Assembly: GCA_002633005.1 (NCBI GenBank)
Contig: NMRA01000387.1
Span: 1-64,000 of the forward strand
Length of the DNA: 64,000 bases
Direction: 5' to 3'
Source: Phoronis australis
Lineage: Eukaryota; Animalia; Phoronida
The position numbers and the translations under genes are program-made. Below the pieces are notes generated by a model, which had not been told where the DNA came from, searched no databases, and saw nothing but the letters and a program-made list of their open reading frames with translations. Shown here piece after piece: positions 1 through 12,691 of the stretch. Every line of letters begins with the position of its first letter. The first letter of the stretch is position 1.

Positions 1-70
1 GGAGTAGAGCTGTTGGACTCGGGCTGCGACACGCCCAACAACCGGAATGGATTGACACTGTATTTCAAAG
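1..70 (+). CDS. 3' part of exon 5 of an upstream copy (A0) of the PAN/novel-domain/half-EGF gene; the gene starts outside the window
   Basis: Reads GVELLDSGCDTPNNRNGLTLYFK, then G|gtaaat (donor at 71). Identical to the end of gene A exon 5 (20535-20604). Confidence 0.8.
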
Positions 71-989
71 GTAAATGCATATTTGCATAGCCTCCGTTAA
101 TGTGGGGACTGAGGGATAAAAATGGAAGACCGAAAGATAGTCTCTACATTTCAAACCGTGTGCTTTCTCGTTAACTACGAGCCGTTTTATCACAACCTCC
201 GCAAGGAGGTTAGTAAGTTAGGTAGGGCATCAATTGCCATAGCTGAATACCTTACACACATTCGTTGGCTGCCTATTAAATTTCTTACTGGCTTCAAATT
301 CGCTATATGTAGCACAAAGGAAATATTTTTTTTGTGCTCCCTGCCAGTTTCCCACTCTGTACGCTTTCAGCTGTTTTTGATTCGTGTATTTTGTTTCTTT
401 CTCCTATGGTCCGGGACTCGAGTTTGGTCACCGGTTATGAGGTATTATTTGAGCGCGTGTGGAGTAACAGGGCGTGGATATGGAGTTTGTAGGCCTACGC
501 GTGTTTGTTGCTTCCCGGTCCGGGACTGGGGTTTACGGGGATTGAAGCTGGAATTTCGAGCAGGAGCCATGGAATCGTTTACGCCTTCCGCTGACTCATA
601 AAGATCAATCATAATGCTGATCAAAAACTGTCTTGAAGTGGTCGCAGCGTACCGACCCCCCTAAGCATCATTCTTGAAGAACAAACTCTAGCTGCAATTT
701 CTAGCTACTTTTCGTCTCTGCTGACTGGTCAAAGCACCCTCTGATATAAAAACAAAATGAGCGATAATCAACACATACCTGTCACAGTGCTAACTTAATT
801 CAAGAGATCACCATAAATATCAGCAGACAGTCCTCTGTTATCAAGCTCAGCCTGAGTAGTTACTGAAGGTTTTAGCTTTGATTGCGTTATCGAGGCATGC
901 GCCATCACTTGTTTCAGGGACGTTTTTGCCCGTAGGTCCTAAGTGCGCGCTTGCAAAATTAGCTTCTGAGTGTACACCTTGAGCAGCGA

Positions 990-2837
990 GCGTACTACTA
1001 CCATTGGTACCACAGCAGAGACTGGCTCGTGGTTGATCCGGAAATGATGTCGAGTAACTTAGCAACGAAGGCTGGTTCTGCCAAAATGGCAGAGATTGGC
1101 CCCGTCATCACAATAATTTAATGTCATGTTGATGTCCACTGAGTAACGTAGCCCCTTTATCGTAATGTCCGCAAGTGCAGCAATGGAACGAGGCTGACAG
1201 TGTTCCGAGACTTGTTTCTCGGAAACGCTTGATCTTTGAATATCTGGTATTAAAAGTTGACCCATTTGCTTCATGTAAAATTGACTTGTAATCAGCGAAG
1301 AGGTAAAAATCGGTCTCTTCCAATCTGTTGTTCATCCTATTTAAACAAATGCGCGTTCTACTCCCACACATTCATTTTTCTCTCGCATTTTGTATTCAGT
1401 AGTCCACTGGTAAAGATAAAAACTGAATCACATGTACGGTTTGATTTTGTGTGCTCTTTGCCCTTGGTGTGAAATCATGTTACACGGTTTTGCGTTGAAG
1501 TTTCTTGGGGCCTATAAGCTATAAAAATTTAGGAAGGGGTGTGGGCAATAACTTGAGCTGCCTCCGCTGGTCAAAATTTCTTTTTTCAGCCCTTCCCTAA
1601 TCGTTGACAACCGTTCGCTACAATTTTCACTCTTCCCCTCTTGTCGTCACACTTTTGAAGTGTCCCTTAGGTAGATTTTTTAGATTTATTCAGCTTAATG
1701 GATTTTAAAGTACTAATGGGTAAATGTCAGTACTTCATGTTTTTGCTTCATTTGCTTGATTTTTGCTCTTGTTTGACGATTGCAAACGGGTTCACTGTTG
1801 ACAGAATCGGAAAGGGTCTCACTAGCCCTTCTCTCTCTAAATCCATAACAATTTTGTTTACACACCGTGTACAGTATAGTTGGAAATTTACCGAATGACA
1901 TAGTCACTTGCACNAGGGTACTACTACCATTAGTACCACAGCAGAGACTGGCTCGTGGTTGATCCGGAAATGATGTCGAGTAACTTAGCAACGAAGTCTG
2001 GTTCTGCCAAAGTCAGTGGCAGAGATTGGCCCCGTCATCACAGTAATTAATGTCTTGTTGATGTCCACTGAGTAACGTAGCCCCTTTGTAGCAATGCCCG
2101 CTAGGGCAGCAATGGAACGAGGCTGCCAGTGTTCCGAGACTTGTTTCTCGGAAACGCTTGATCTTTGAATATCTGGTATTAAAATTTGACCCATTTGCTT
2201 CATGTAAAATTGACTTGTAATCAGCGAAGAGGTAAAAATCAGTCTCTTCCAATCTGTTGTTCATCTGTTTAAACAAATGCGCGTTCTACTCCCCGGTACA
2301 CTTTCATTTTTCTCTCGCAATTTGTATTCAGCAGTCCACGGGTAAAGATAAAAGCTGAATCACACGTACGGTTTGATTTTGTGTGCTCTTCGCCCTTGGT
2401 GTGAAATCATATTACACGGTTTCGCGTTGAAGTATCTTGGGGCCTATAAGCTATAAACATTAGGGAGGGGTGTGGGCAATAACTTGAGCTGCTTCCGCTG
2501 GTCAAAATTTCTTCTTTCAGCCCTTCCCTAATCGTTGACAACCGTTCGCCACAATTTTCACTGTTCCCCTCTGGTCGTCACACTTTTGAAGTGCCCCATA
2601 GATAGATTTTTCAGATTTATTCAGCTTAATAGATTTTAAAGTAATAATGGGTAAATCTCAATACCTTATATTTTTGCTTAATTTGCTCTTGTTGACGATT
2701 GAAAACGGGTTCTCTGTTGACAGAATCGGAAAGGGCCTCACTAGCCCTTCTCTCTCTAAATCCATAACAATTTTGTTTACACACTGTATAGGCTACAGTA
2801 TAGTTGGAAATTTACCGAGTGACATAGTCACGTGCAC
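990..2837 (+). repeat. ~925-bp tandem duplication around the single n at 1914
   Basis: 990-1913 is repeated at 1915-2837 with a few percent divergence, and the junction is exactly the n. Confidence 0.85.
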
Positions 2838-2860
2838 GTGTCTCTACTTCTTTGTTTCAG

Positions 2861-2940
2861 ATGACGACGACTGTATTGGTGTCTCTTGTCCAACAGGGAA
2901 AAGATGTCGGGATGATTTTCATACCTATGTGTGCGAATGA
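2861..2940 (+). CDS. Terminal exon 6 of copy A0 (4-Cys half-EGF)
   Basis: Acceptor ttctttgtttcag, phase 1. Reads DDDDCIGVSCPTGKRCRDDFHTYVCE*. Same 80-nt length as exon 6 of genes A and B. Confidence 0.8.
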
Positions 2941-5235
2941 GATGATGGAATCAATTCATTTTCAATGCTGTTTTTATTATTTATCTTCGTGTTGATTCAT
3001 GATAATGATAAGGGTGACGATATTGGTAATGAATCACAAAATTGAGAAAAAAATGCATGGGAGGGTTTGCTTGCTATCATCTTGATGTGGAAAATAATTT
3101 GAATCTGCCAGAATAACTCGGAAGGAACAGCAGCTATATCACACTTTTAAGGGAGTGAATGGAGTTTCGGACCTCAGTTTTGTCGCCACCGAGATTGCGT
3201 TTACTACATTTTCTAACCTAGAAATGTGTCGATTTATCAATGATTAATATAAAGTCTCTCGCCATACTGCTTTGATGGCTAAATAAGGATGATAAACTTT
3301 GCTCCAAAAATCATTTTTGATCAGTTCCAAGACATAAGCAGTGAGCTAGGTAACATAATTAACTCTTGAATTTACATTACAAATTGAAATAGGCTCACTA
3401 TGCAACCTTGACCTATTCCAATGACGTCATCAAAAAATTCTCCCACTCCTAGTTCACTACTTTTCAAAATCGTCTCGTGAGAACACTGCCATGTAAAGCA
3501 TTTTTTGTAACTTGTGTCATAGCAGTTCATGTGGAATATTATCGAACGCACGGGAGAAATCAACAAAAAGAGCATAAACCGTCACTTTCTTTTTGTAATA
3601 TATTTCTGCACCATATCTTGTATAGTAAATATTTGATCAACGGCGCTATAACCCTTCCTAAATCCAGCTTGAGACGCATGCACAAGTTGCTTTCATTTGA
3701 CCAAATGGCAAGACGATTTCAGTAAATTTTTTCCCAACTACAGAAAATGCAATACCACCATAGTTGCCCACAACATTAATTGAACCATGCTTGTGGATAA
3801 TCACCAGAAGACCATATCGTATTAAACGTATCAGTTAAAGGTAGTGACTTTGGTATAAATCTCCAAATTCGCAAAACCCGCAGGATACTCATTAGTCAGA
3901 GCTTTGTTTTAACTCTGTGATGCCAAATGTTAAAGCTTGAACTCTGAGCAAGAGGCTGTGCAAAAGAAAGTTCATTTCCAAGACAAACTACGCAGCACGC
4001 TAAGAAGTGATGCGACCGTTGCAAACTTATTTCTCCCCAAACCGACAAGCTGAGCTACTCTTAATGGCAACATGATAGCCTCAGCAAAATAAATTTTTAT
4101 TTCTAATTGATTCTCGATTATATGCGATTGTGGAGTGGACATCTGACGACCCTGGGAACGAAAAGAATGGCAAATCGACCCGTTGCATTGGTTACGGCCA
4201 TGCCCATCACAACAGGCACAATAGGCGCAATAGCGTTTATTAAGCATTCTTTCACTTATACACACCGAAAATGATTGAGGGCGTATGGTTCACCTGTCTT
4301 AGTGTCATATAAAACGTTCATAGCGAGCTCTCATTGCACAAGGAAATATCCACTCACAGGACACGTTTATTGATTTCATATAAAGAGGTGATCACGTTGG
4401 CTTTCACAAGTGTACCTATGTGTAGTACAACACCGTTTCTGAATTTCAACAGGGCTACTTATATCGCGATTTAGCAATCGTAGAGGTTGTCATGAGTTGG
4501 TATCAATATACACGGAAACGTCACGAGTATGGTTTAACAAACACTTAGAAGAATTGGGCCTAACAAGAATGTAAAAAAAACACGACAAAGTGAAAAAAAT
4601 ATGGATATAAGAAATTGATATATACACAAAACGTACCGAGAGTGGTGTTCATGAAGTAATATCCCACGAGACATTATTCCGCGTATCGACCGAGGCATTC
4701 GGTCGAGTGGGATATTACTTCGTGTACGTCAATCGAGGTACGTTTTGTATTTATCCCATGCGCTTCGAATTCCTAAATTTCTTTTATTTTTTGGCAGATT
4801 TTTAAATGCTTTACTCAGACTGTTCACGTGGCGGATCCTATGTATGTACTTGCGCGTTAGGTTGCAAGGTTTGTCTAGTAAAAGAAACAGTTTTAAATGT
4901 AACGATTTTTTACTTGAAAAGAGATGACAAAGATGAAAACAACGGTAACCGTGCGTTGAACTTGTAACATCTTCTGAAAGTAGTTAAATAACAACAATAT
5001 TTGAAATTGTTACCGAGGAATCGGTGCCTGAGTTGCAGACGATATAATATTTAGCAATGTTGAAAACTGCCGGAGACAGAATTCAGTGTCATATTAACAG
5101 TTTTGTACCAGATGTTACGTTTAGGGCCTGATTGCATGTCGAGTGTTATTTATACTGCTGCAAAAGTATTACTTTAAATTATATTCAGAAAGTTTGATGA
5201 TCGAACTGGCCAACGACGTCGAGTCGACACTGACC

Positions 5236-5441
5236 CATTAATAAAAACAACCACGGTTTTGAATCGACTTGACATGTTTCGGTGTCATTTATTCATTAGT
5301 TGTTGCTGGGCCTAGCTAGATGGCCACTATATTCTCTCTTCTGATGATGGTGTTTGAATAAATGACACCGAAGCATGTCAAGTCGATTTCAAACCGTGGT
5401 TGTTTTTAATTAATTTATGCTGAACTACTTGCTATCATGGA
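5236..5441 (+). mobile_element. Penelope-like retroelement fragment (inverted pLTR arrangement)
   Basis: Inverted arms of ~57 bp (5237-5296 vs 5356-5413), flanked by the 10-bp direct repeat gacactgacc (5226-5235, 5442-5451). Absent from the host-repeat copies at ~48630 and ~53205. Contains a hammerhead core. Confidence 0.6.
5338..5382 (+). ncRNA. Minimal type I hammerhead-ribozyme motif (degenerate, GAAA>GAAG)
   Basis: CTT-CTGATGA-T-GGTGT-loop-ACACC-GAAG-CATG-TC-AAG. Stem I is CTT/AAG, stem II is GGTGT/ACACC, and stem III is the palindrome CATG. The inverted arm preserves the ancestral CCGAAACATGTCAAG. Confidence 0.55.
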
Positions 5442-7576
5442 GACACTGACCTACCTTTCGAACTTTCCATGTTAGATGTCACTGTTGAAGTAGTGCGGGA
5501 GATGAATACGTATTGCACTCGACAGATTCAACGCGTATGCGATAAGGTATATTTTCAATCCTCATTGGACAAGAACCATAGGCAGAAAGTATATAAGAGA
5601 CACAGAAATGGCCAAACTTCGGTGCATTGTGACCGAGTATTTTGTAATGAGCGTCGAAGCAGAAAACCAACGTGGTACATGTACAATGCACCCACGACAA
5701 TTTTGCTAGGCTTATTATCATTCCTGAGGATAAAGCAGAGTGCCTCAGTCGTAGCACTGCCTCGACCTCTTACTTAGGACTCGCTCACTAATCTACAGGC
5801 TCAATCACATCTAGCTAAGCATCTGACAAGAACCAATGACGTATTGTTTAATTACAAATGTTCGGTCTCCATAAACTTAAGACACTGAGGAAGTTACAAG
5901 TTATTCAATTTCTTCGTAAATGTCCCTAATCTCTAGAAATACCTGCTGTGTCACTATCCTAGAAGACTAGCTGCTGTACATACAAAACTACACGATATAA
6001 TATAAGCCAAATTAGTAAACAAAATCGTCCTTGATAACATAGTAAACAAATGGCGTGGTTACTTGGTCCTCATTTTTACGAAACTGTAGCGAGGACAGAC
6101 CACGTTGTTTCTGGATCTGTAGATGTCTCAGCATCCAGTCCATGCAGTTCTGCTGATCAGAATTTAACAGAAAGCAGTTTGGGAACAGGATATTTCATTT
6201 TCTGAGCCCCCTTTAGGCGATTTCTTACACTATGGCTATATGTCACATGTATAAATTGGATAATTTTGATATGGCTTTAAGAACAGTTGTTCACTGAATT
6301 GCCCATACAAGGGATTGCATTTTCCAATAGAGCAAGCCTCTCTACTTTTTGTGTACTATATGTTTTCCATATGTATTCTGACATTGGAAGAAATTTCCTA
6401 TTAAGTTGTACGCTTAGTGCCAAGTAATCTTGGGTAAAACTTTAAAAGTCTAATTAGTTTTCATTACAGTAAACTCGAAATACACGCAATTCAAAATATG
6501 CATGCTGATATTCAACAGAAGTCTACTTTACTAAGGTATTCTTTTTGCTTTTCTTTCTTTACGTCAGAACCTAGTTTAATGTTAAATATTTCAATCGCCA
6601 TCGGTCGCCACTTTATTGTTTTCCTTTTATCCGGACCCGCACCCGGTCACCGCTCCCCATTAATGACTTTACTTCACGATTCTTGACAATCTAAGAAAGG
6701 GTAAAATTACGTAGACTATCGTGCCATCCTCGGTGAGCGATTGTCGGTGAGCGTTTTAGGGTTGGGACCACACTGCACCCACGTTCCTCGACGTGAACTG
6801 AATTTGATATTGCTGATTTACCGGTTTATTCCACATTCTAATGTTTTTAAGATGAAGAATACCGATAAAATATCACTTTTCTGTCTCCGAGACTTCGATG
6901 CTGCAGCACTGAATAAAGTTTTAAGTTCATTACAGGGTTTACTTTTGGATCACAGACACATAGTGACGAGTGAGGAAATCGCAAATCAAAGAATCTCACT
7001 GTCTGACGCCACAGTTCAAACACATCAGTGGCATCTAATGGTAGACATTAGAATCTAGTTTTATGTGAAATGCATGAATTTGTAGGGTAAACATGTCATA
7101 TTCAACGCACTCCAACGCGGACACTAATTTGCGATCTTCAAGGACCGAGTAGCCGTCTTGGATAGCTGATAAACAGAATAGTTTTATTTCAACCACCTTT
7201 GAGACTACTTCAAATGCGCCAACAGAGTCGCCTCCTGGTAATGTCTTCTTGGGCCCTGGATCTAATTTTTTCTCGAAATCAAATACGATATTATTGTCTT
7301 GGCATTTTCTATTTTACTTTTGTGCGAACTCGAGATAAGCGTCCATTATTCTATGCTCTAGTACTGAATAACTGCCTGTTTAAACTTGATGTCCCCAACA
7401 TTAGGCTAAATTTTGAGTCTGAGCACGAAATTTCGAAATTTTACTTGAAATCTCTAGTTTTAATTCGACTTTGCCGTAACTCGAATCTGGGAGTCACCAA
7501 GTGCAGAAAAATTGGACTAGACATTCATATACATACACCGTACTCGGGCACGGTATAATAAACACTTAAGCTGAAT

Positions 7577-9641
7577 CACGTTGACAATTGAAAAACGTCA
7601 AATGTATAAGGAAACAAATCATCTGAAAACAGTTTAACGAAACAAAAACATTCTGTACACCGTGGTGAAAAGATATACAGGTCCAGTTCGCAGAGGGACC
7701 AGCTGTACACAGAGATTACACAAAAACTCTGGCCTGGTCCGTCACAAGACCAAAAGTACACCTGTGCTTATTATCCCTATAAAAATAGTGGATCTGTAGT
7801 TGGACCAAACAGTACTGACTGCGATAAATAGTTTTACAAAGCCCACTTTGGTAAAAAAACATCACAAGACTAGTTCGCCGAGGGACCAGAAGTACACTGA
7901 AACTTAATATCTACACAAATCAAGCTGGCCTGGTCCGTCGCGAGACCTAAAGTGTACTATGCAAAAAACTTTGAATTGAAAACATCTCTCTATACACTTT
8001 TTACTCCCCAGTGGTTGCTCATACATGTATTTTACACATCTGGTGGTCAACTGCTGTGAGAGGTTGTCTAGGAAGGGTTTTCGCAACGTTCTGTAGTACT
8101 CATTGGAAGAAACAAGTATTGAGTACAGATTTAACTACGCGCTTCGTGAAATAAATTTTGGACATGAAGCAGATAGACTCAAGTGGAAATACAAACCAGA
8201 ATCAGTTTCTGTGCGCTCTTAGACCCTTTGTTGTTCTAGGTAAATTTGGCATGTCCAAAAATAATTTCTATTTCGTTTTCATTGTACACAATCATAAAAA
8301 ACGACATTATATACAAACTGTGTAGAATTATAGCTTATTACCTGGGTGTTTCTCCAGGAACGTTGGCCCTATCTTTCTGTTGTCTAGACTGTCGAGGAAT
8401 CTGTATATCGGATCCAATGGTTTACTTGTCTTGGAACCATTCTACCCAGACATCTTCGATGTTTGTTCCCAACACTTGCACTTCGTCAACTGCTGTGTCA
8501 ATGAGCTTGTAAGCCTCTACAATGTCAGCATCTCGTTTCGCAGCTCAGTTGGCGCTAAGCCCCCTGAGGTTGCCAAGTCCATTCAAAAGACTTACAGCAT
8601 GCACAACTAAATTTGATCCGCTCATCATGGACTACTTCAAACCTTGACGATGTATCCCAGGACCTATTTGCATCTCTTGCAATTTTCGAAATAAACGTCC
8701 CAATGTCTGAACGCTTCAAACCCGAAGAACTAACATCAATAAATGCCCATGGGCATGGGCGTTTCATCGGGTGGGCCTTTCTGCGGAAATTCCCAGTATA
8801 GGAAACTGCAGTGGTGCTTATTGCAGGTAGAAAGACGGTAGGTGTTGAGGTCGGCACTAGGGCTCCTTAGGAGGCCTATTGAACATCGCACGAGTCCCAC
8901 AAGACTTTGTTGCGAAAGTACAACCTCCCCACAATTTCTGTACGAATGCGGTCACTTTGTCAATGGGATTACCCCCTTGGTCATTCCTTGTATAGACATA
9001 ACTTGTTTGAGTGCATCTTCAAACGGACTCGCGACCAGACCACGGCGCCCGTCACAATAGCAATTATTCGGAAAACGACTTTTTTCAAAAATATTACATG
9101 GACACGTACACTGTATGATATTGTGCAAGACAACTTTATTATACGCCAGTCAAATTCGATTTACAAGCGTGTGGAGTGTAATAGGATGACACGGCATGAC
9201 AGATGAGGTAAAAACGTTGCACGTCAAATCGAATATCAGGGTTGCGGCACCACAGCATTTCTCCGAATCAAATCAAAACATATCTTAGAGTAAAAAGTTA
9301 GTTACCTAAAGAAATCAGCTATAGAGCTGCTCTTTCAGCGGTGGATCCATCTAAAATGCTTGGCTACTTCATAAGTGTTGACGGAAGTGCGCGCACAATT
9401 GATCTCCCCACGTTTTGCCGATGAGCCACGAAGACTCGAAATGCCTTGATTTTCATAACAGCAATTCACAATGCAAAAGATTATATTTTTTCTCAATTTT
9501 TTCCAAGTTGGTTTACTTGGGGTTTACACACGCTGGCGGTGCCGTTTTTGTTTTGCTGGAGACGTTTTTTTTATTTTTAGGTTCTGGCCCAAGGGGGGGT
9601 TTAAACCCCCTGAGCCCTCCGTACATGTAGATCCGCCACTG
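7577..9641 (-). mobile_element. Degenerate hAT DNA transposon (THAP12/ZMYM1-like transposase relic)
   Basis: Terminus CAGTGGCGGATCTA at 9641-9628 and transposase fragments at ~8040-8720. The left boundary is inferred from where homology to the 28-kb copy stops. Confidence 0.55.
8040..8720 (-). pseudogene. hAT transposase C-terminal-half fragments
   Basis: Frameshifted minus-strand pieces IARDANRSWD, LNGLGNLRGLS, KRDADIVEAYKLIDTAVDEVQVLGTNIEDVWVEWFQ, IQIPRQSRQQKDRANVPGETP and EYYRTLRKPFLDNLSQQLTTR. These match the hAT pattern LQ.K..DI..A...PR...RQ..R.N.P..TP.EYYR....P.LD......RF. Confidence 0.65.
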
Positions 9642-9659
9642 GCGTGAATGGACGAGTGT

Positions 9660-11796
9660 CTGTTACCAGCCTACAAATGAGGATAAAATAATCGACAGCG
9701 CGCCTTAATTTTAATAAAATCAAAATACGGACAATTTTATCGAATTTGCTGAAGAAATGTGGCGAATAAATTTGGACAGAAATTATTTTGCCGGATTCGG
9801 GACCGCAGCCTATCGGACCCGGCGCGGATTGAGACCAGACACTGGCGAACGGAAAAGGCATGCGGTTGTAAGCTGTTTTGTTGAAGTAAAATGTTCAAAT
9901 CATAAATGCCGTATACGCTCAAAGTTAGTTTCAGACACTTGCATAAAATTACGGGCTGGTTAGTCCTGTTTCACACTGCCGGGGCAGCCCTTAGCTAGCC
10001 TCAGTGCCAGCTGCCAGTATGAAGACTAACTACAGCTTGTTAAGTTGGCCTATACAGCTTTGCGTCAAGGCTACCATTAGGCCTACCTGGTCGCTGGCCA
10101 CAGCGCTCGCTCAATCGAGGTTTATTTAGAACTTGAGTACTTCTGGCCAACTGTGCAAAGTTGTTGGCTTTCAACAGAGATTTTCCCAAACTTTGTATGA
10201 GCGCACCAAGCCTAAATAATGGGGGTCTGGAATTATTGGGAATGTCTATCTTTTACTATAAGACTCACTGGGTATGTTCAGAGCTATGAATTGCAGACGC
10301 TTAATTTTGGTACTTCCTGTCTTCTAGTGGAATGTTGTCTCGTTTTCTATCTTTTTCGTAGTTCATGCTTCTCTGACTGAGGCAGACCTTTTCCATTTCT
10401 CCAAGTCTAATACAAAATGTTATCATTTTTTATTCATTAAGCCAAAATGATTCAACCTTTCACCGTAATAAGTAACTTAAAAGGCACAATCCTTTACAAC
10501 ATTTAGCATTACAAACACTATTCAATAGCAAAAGTTTCCATGATATGAAAGTGGACATACATGTAATTATTACCATGGTGACCGAATAGTGTTTCTTTAC
10601 ACCAGAATTTGACAAGCATGATTAAAAAAATCAAGTTGCAAGGAACAAGAATTGGAGGCTTGAAGCTTCACAATCCAACATAGCTTATTTCTCAAATTAA
10701 GATAATTCGAATTGTTGACTTGATAACCTGAATTAAGAAGCAATAAGTTACAAAACATGACTTCAAAGCAATTTAGACTTAAAATTTAGAAAAATATGAA
10801 TCATTTTGTGACACCTAATCAAGCCTTTAACAGCAGTTGACAGTCAAACAAAAACCATTTCAAAATTATTTCAACTATTTTGTTTAGCTTAGTGTAAGAT
10901 CATTTGAATGGGAAATAATAAAATAATTAGTAAAATAATTCGAATATATCTTATATTTTTGTACCAAAACACGAAAATTGAACAAAGTTCCTTTTTTTGT
11001 AGCAACGTTTGTCAAAATGTATCAACGTTAAATCTTCACAAATTACAAAGTAACAGGTTGAACATGCCTTCCAGTTCAGCAAAAGTCTCCATGTATGTTG
11101 TCGGTGCCGCCAGAAATGAGACGTCCAACGGGAATTCTGAGCAAATTTATCACTTAATGTGTAACAACTGCGAGGCTGTAATTTTGTGAACACTGTTGAA
11201 TCGTGCAGAATAGTAAGTAAAGATATGTCTCACTGAATTTCACCGTAAATTGTTGGCGAAAACAATTTACACAAAGTTTTAAACTCATAACTTATCCCGC
11301 TGTCCTCCAATATGGCCTACGCGATCCAAACAAAGTGACCCAAATTTTGCCACAAAAATTGCAATAACTTTACACTACTTGCTCCGATTTTGATACTTTT
11401 TCGATTTTTACTGAGTAGAATGCACTACCGTTCCGTTGATAGCAAAGTACTTTTTCAAAACGAACAAAAAAATCAAAACCAAAAAATGGTTCGACTCGTA
11501 TTGGTTCCTAGGTTCGACCGCCCTACGTAAGGAACTAAACACCAAATGCTACTTTAACATAATAAGTACGCGTAACATTCCAAAAAAATTCAACGACCAT
11601 TAACTACAAACTATAAATACACTACATACATGTATGTAAACGAATCACAAGACATTACTAATAAAACAAAGTAATGAAGACTTTTCGAGCAAGCGATAGC
11701 ACTTTCAGTTACAAGGAAAAAATGGTGGCGTTCAGGACAAGACTGTAGGCCTGTTTTCGGATACTGGAACCACATGGACATTTTGAGACCAGGACT
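9660..11796 (+). mobile_element. Kolobok-type non-autonomous element, family K1 (5'-truncated)
   Basis: Collinear with 45975-47970. Ends tgagaccaggact followed by TTAA (11797-11800). Confidence 0.7.
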
Positions 11797-11800
11797 TTAA

Positions 11801-11909
11801 GCTTTATTCGATTACGGATTGTGTATTAGTTATAGGGTAGGTACTTCTTGGGTCCTTATAACATCCACTAACCATGTAATAAGGGTTAACAACGTGTGAG
11901 ACCAGGACT
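11801..11909 (-). mobile_element. 5' end of a second, inverted K1 copy
   Basis: Reverse complement of the K1 start (compare 45732-45840 and 39935-40045). Ends gagaccaggact followed by TTAA. Confidence 0.7.
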
Positions 11910-12540
11910 TTAATACTTTAAGAACACTATGAGAGTGCACGCCTACAGTGCTGTAGTGGTAAAATTATTGGTAAGTAGGCGCCCAAAGTCCACCGTATCA
12001 CGTTGAGCATTGAACGTAACTTACGGTGCGTAGGCGCTACGTGTAAATGCCAAAAGGTGGTTGGCTGCGCCTACGTGCGCCCACGCCCCACTACAGCACT
12101 GCACGCCTAACTCGACAGAACACTTCAAATGCAAAGACCTATTACTGAAAAGTAATGAAACGTGCCAAGGCTGCAAGGCATACAAATGCCACTCACAGAT
12201 ATTATCCGTGCACAAGGATTATTAAGGAGTATAATTCACGATTAAGAATTAAGAAAAGATCGGAATGACTCCTAAAATGAATGCTGCATTATACGGCGAA
12301 GTTATTATGCTAGAATCTAACACGATCGTGTAATCATAAACACCCTATACATCCCCTGAATACTGTTCGTATTCTCGATTTTAACAACACTGGATTTATT
12401 AGCTTTTCATGAAGTAAATTTTCCGTTATTCGCTCATTTAGTGTATATAAATGATGACTCTGAATACAATAACAGTATATCATAGTTTGAGCCCTTTCGA
12501 TGACAAAAATGTCATTATAAATCGCAGTGTGATGTTAATA

Positions 12541-12691
12541 TCTGCGAACCGTATGAAAGTGAAGTGACGTATAATCTGCGATCCGTATGAAAGTGAAGTG
12601 ACTTATATATGTAACATAACAAAGCTGTCTTCTCTCTCTCCCTCCCTCCCTCCCTACCTCCTTCGCTCCCTCCCTCCCTCCCTCCCTCCCT
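12541..12691. repeat. Two-copy 34-bp tandem repeat followed by a (CT)/(CCCT)n tract
   Basis: tctgcga(a/t)ccgtatgaaagtgaagtgac(g/t)tata occurs twice, then ccct repeats at 12630-12691. Confidence 0.8.

Larger units (their letters stand above)
4621..5545 (+). repeat. Interspersed repeat with a nested palindromic head; other copies at ~23670-24292, ~25651-26545, ~48120-48690 and ~52601-53290
   Basis: Arms atacacaaaacgtacc/ggtacgttttgtat, gaagtaatatcccac/gtgggatattacttc and inner tcgaccga/tcggtcga are followed by a conserved body in all copies. Confidence 0.75.
1..7576 (+). repeat. Segmental duplicate of ~20535-28587 (3' end of gene A plus downstream flank)
   Basis: Collinear high identity with scattered substitutions and indels. 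Homology ends at ...cacggtataa(t)a(a/t)acacttaa (7576/28587). Confidence 0.9.

Noticed and set aside
122-601. 159-aa ORF and its counterpart at 20741-21136
   Set aside because: It lies in intron 5 and has no recognisable motif. The two copies differ by indels, and the apparent conservation is due only to recent duplication.
7681-7960. Spaced direct repeats as a CRISPR-like array
   Set aside because: Only two diverged ~80-bp copies, in a eukaryotic context with no cas genes.
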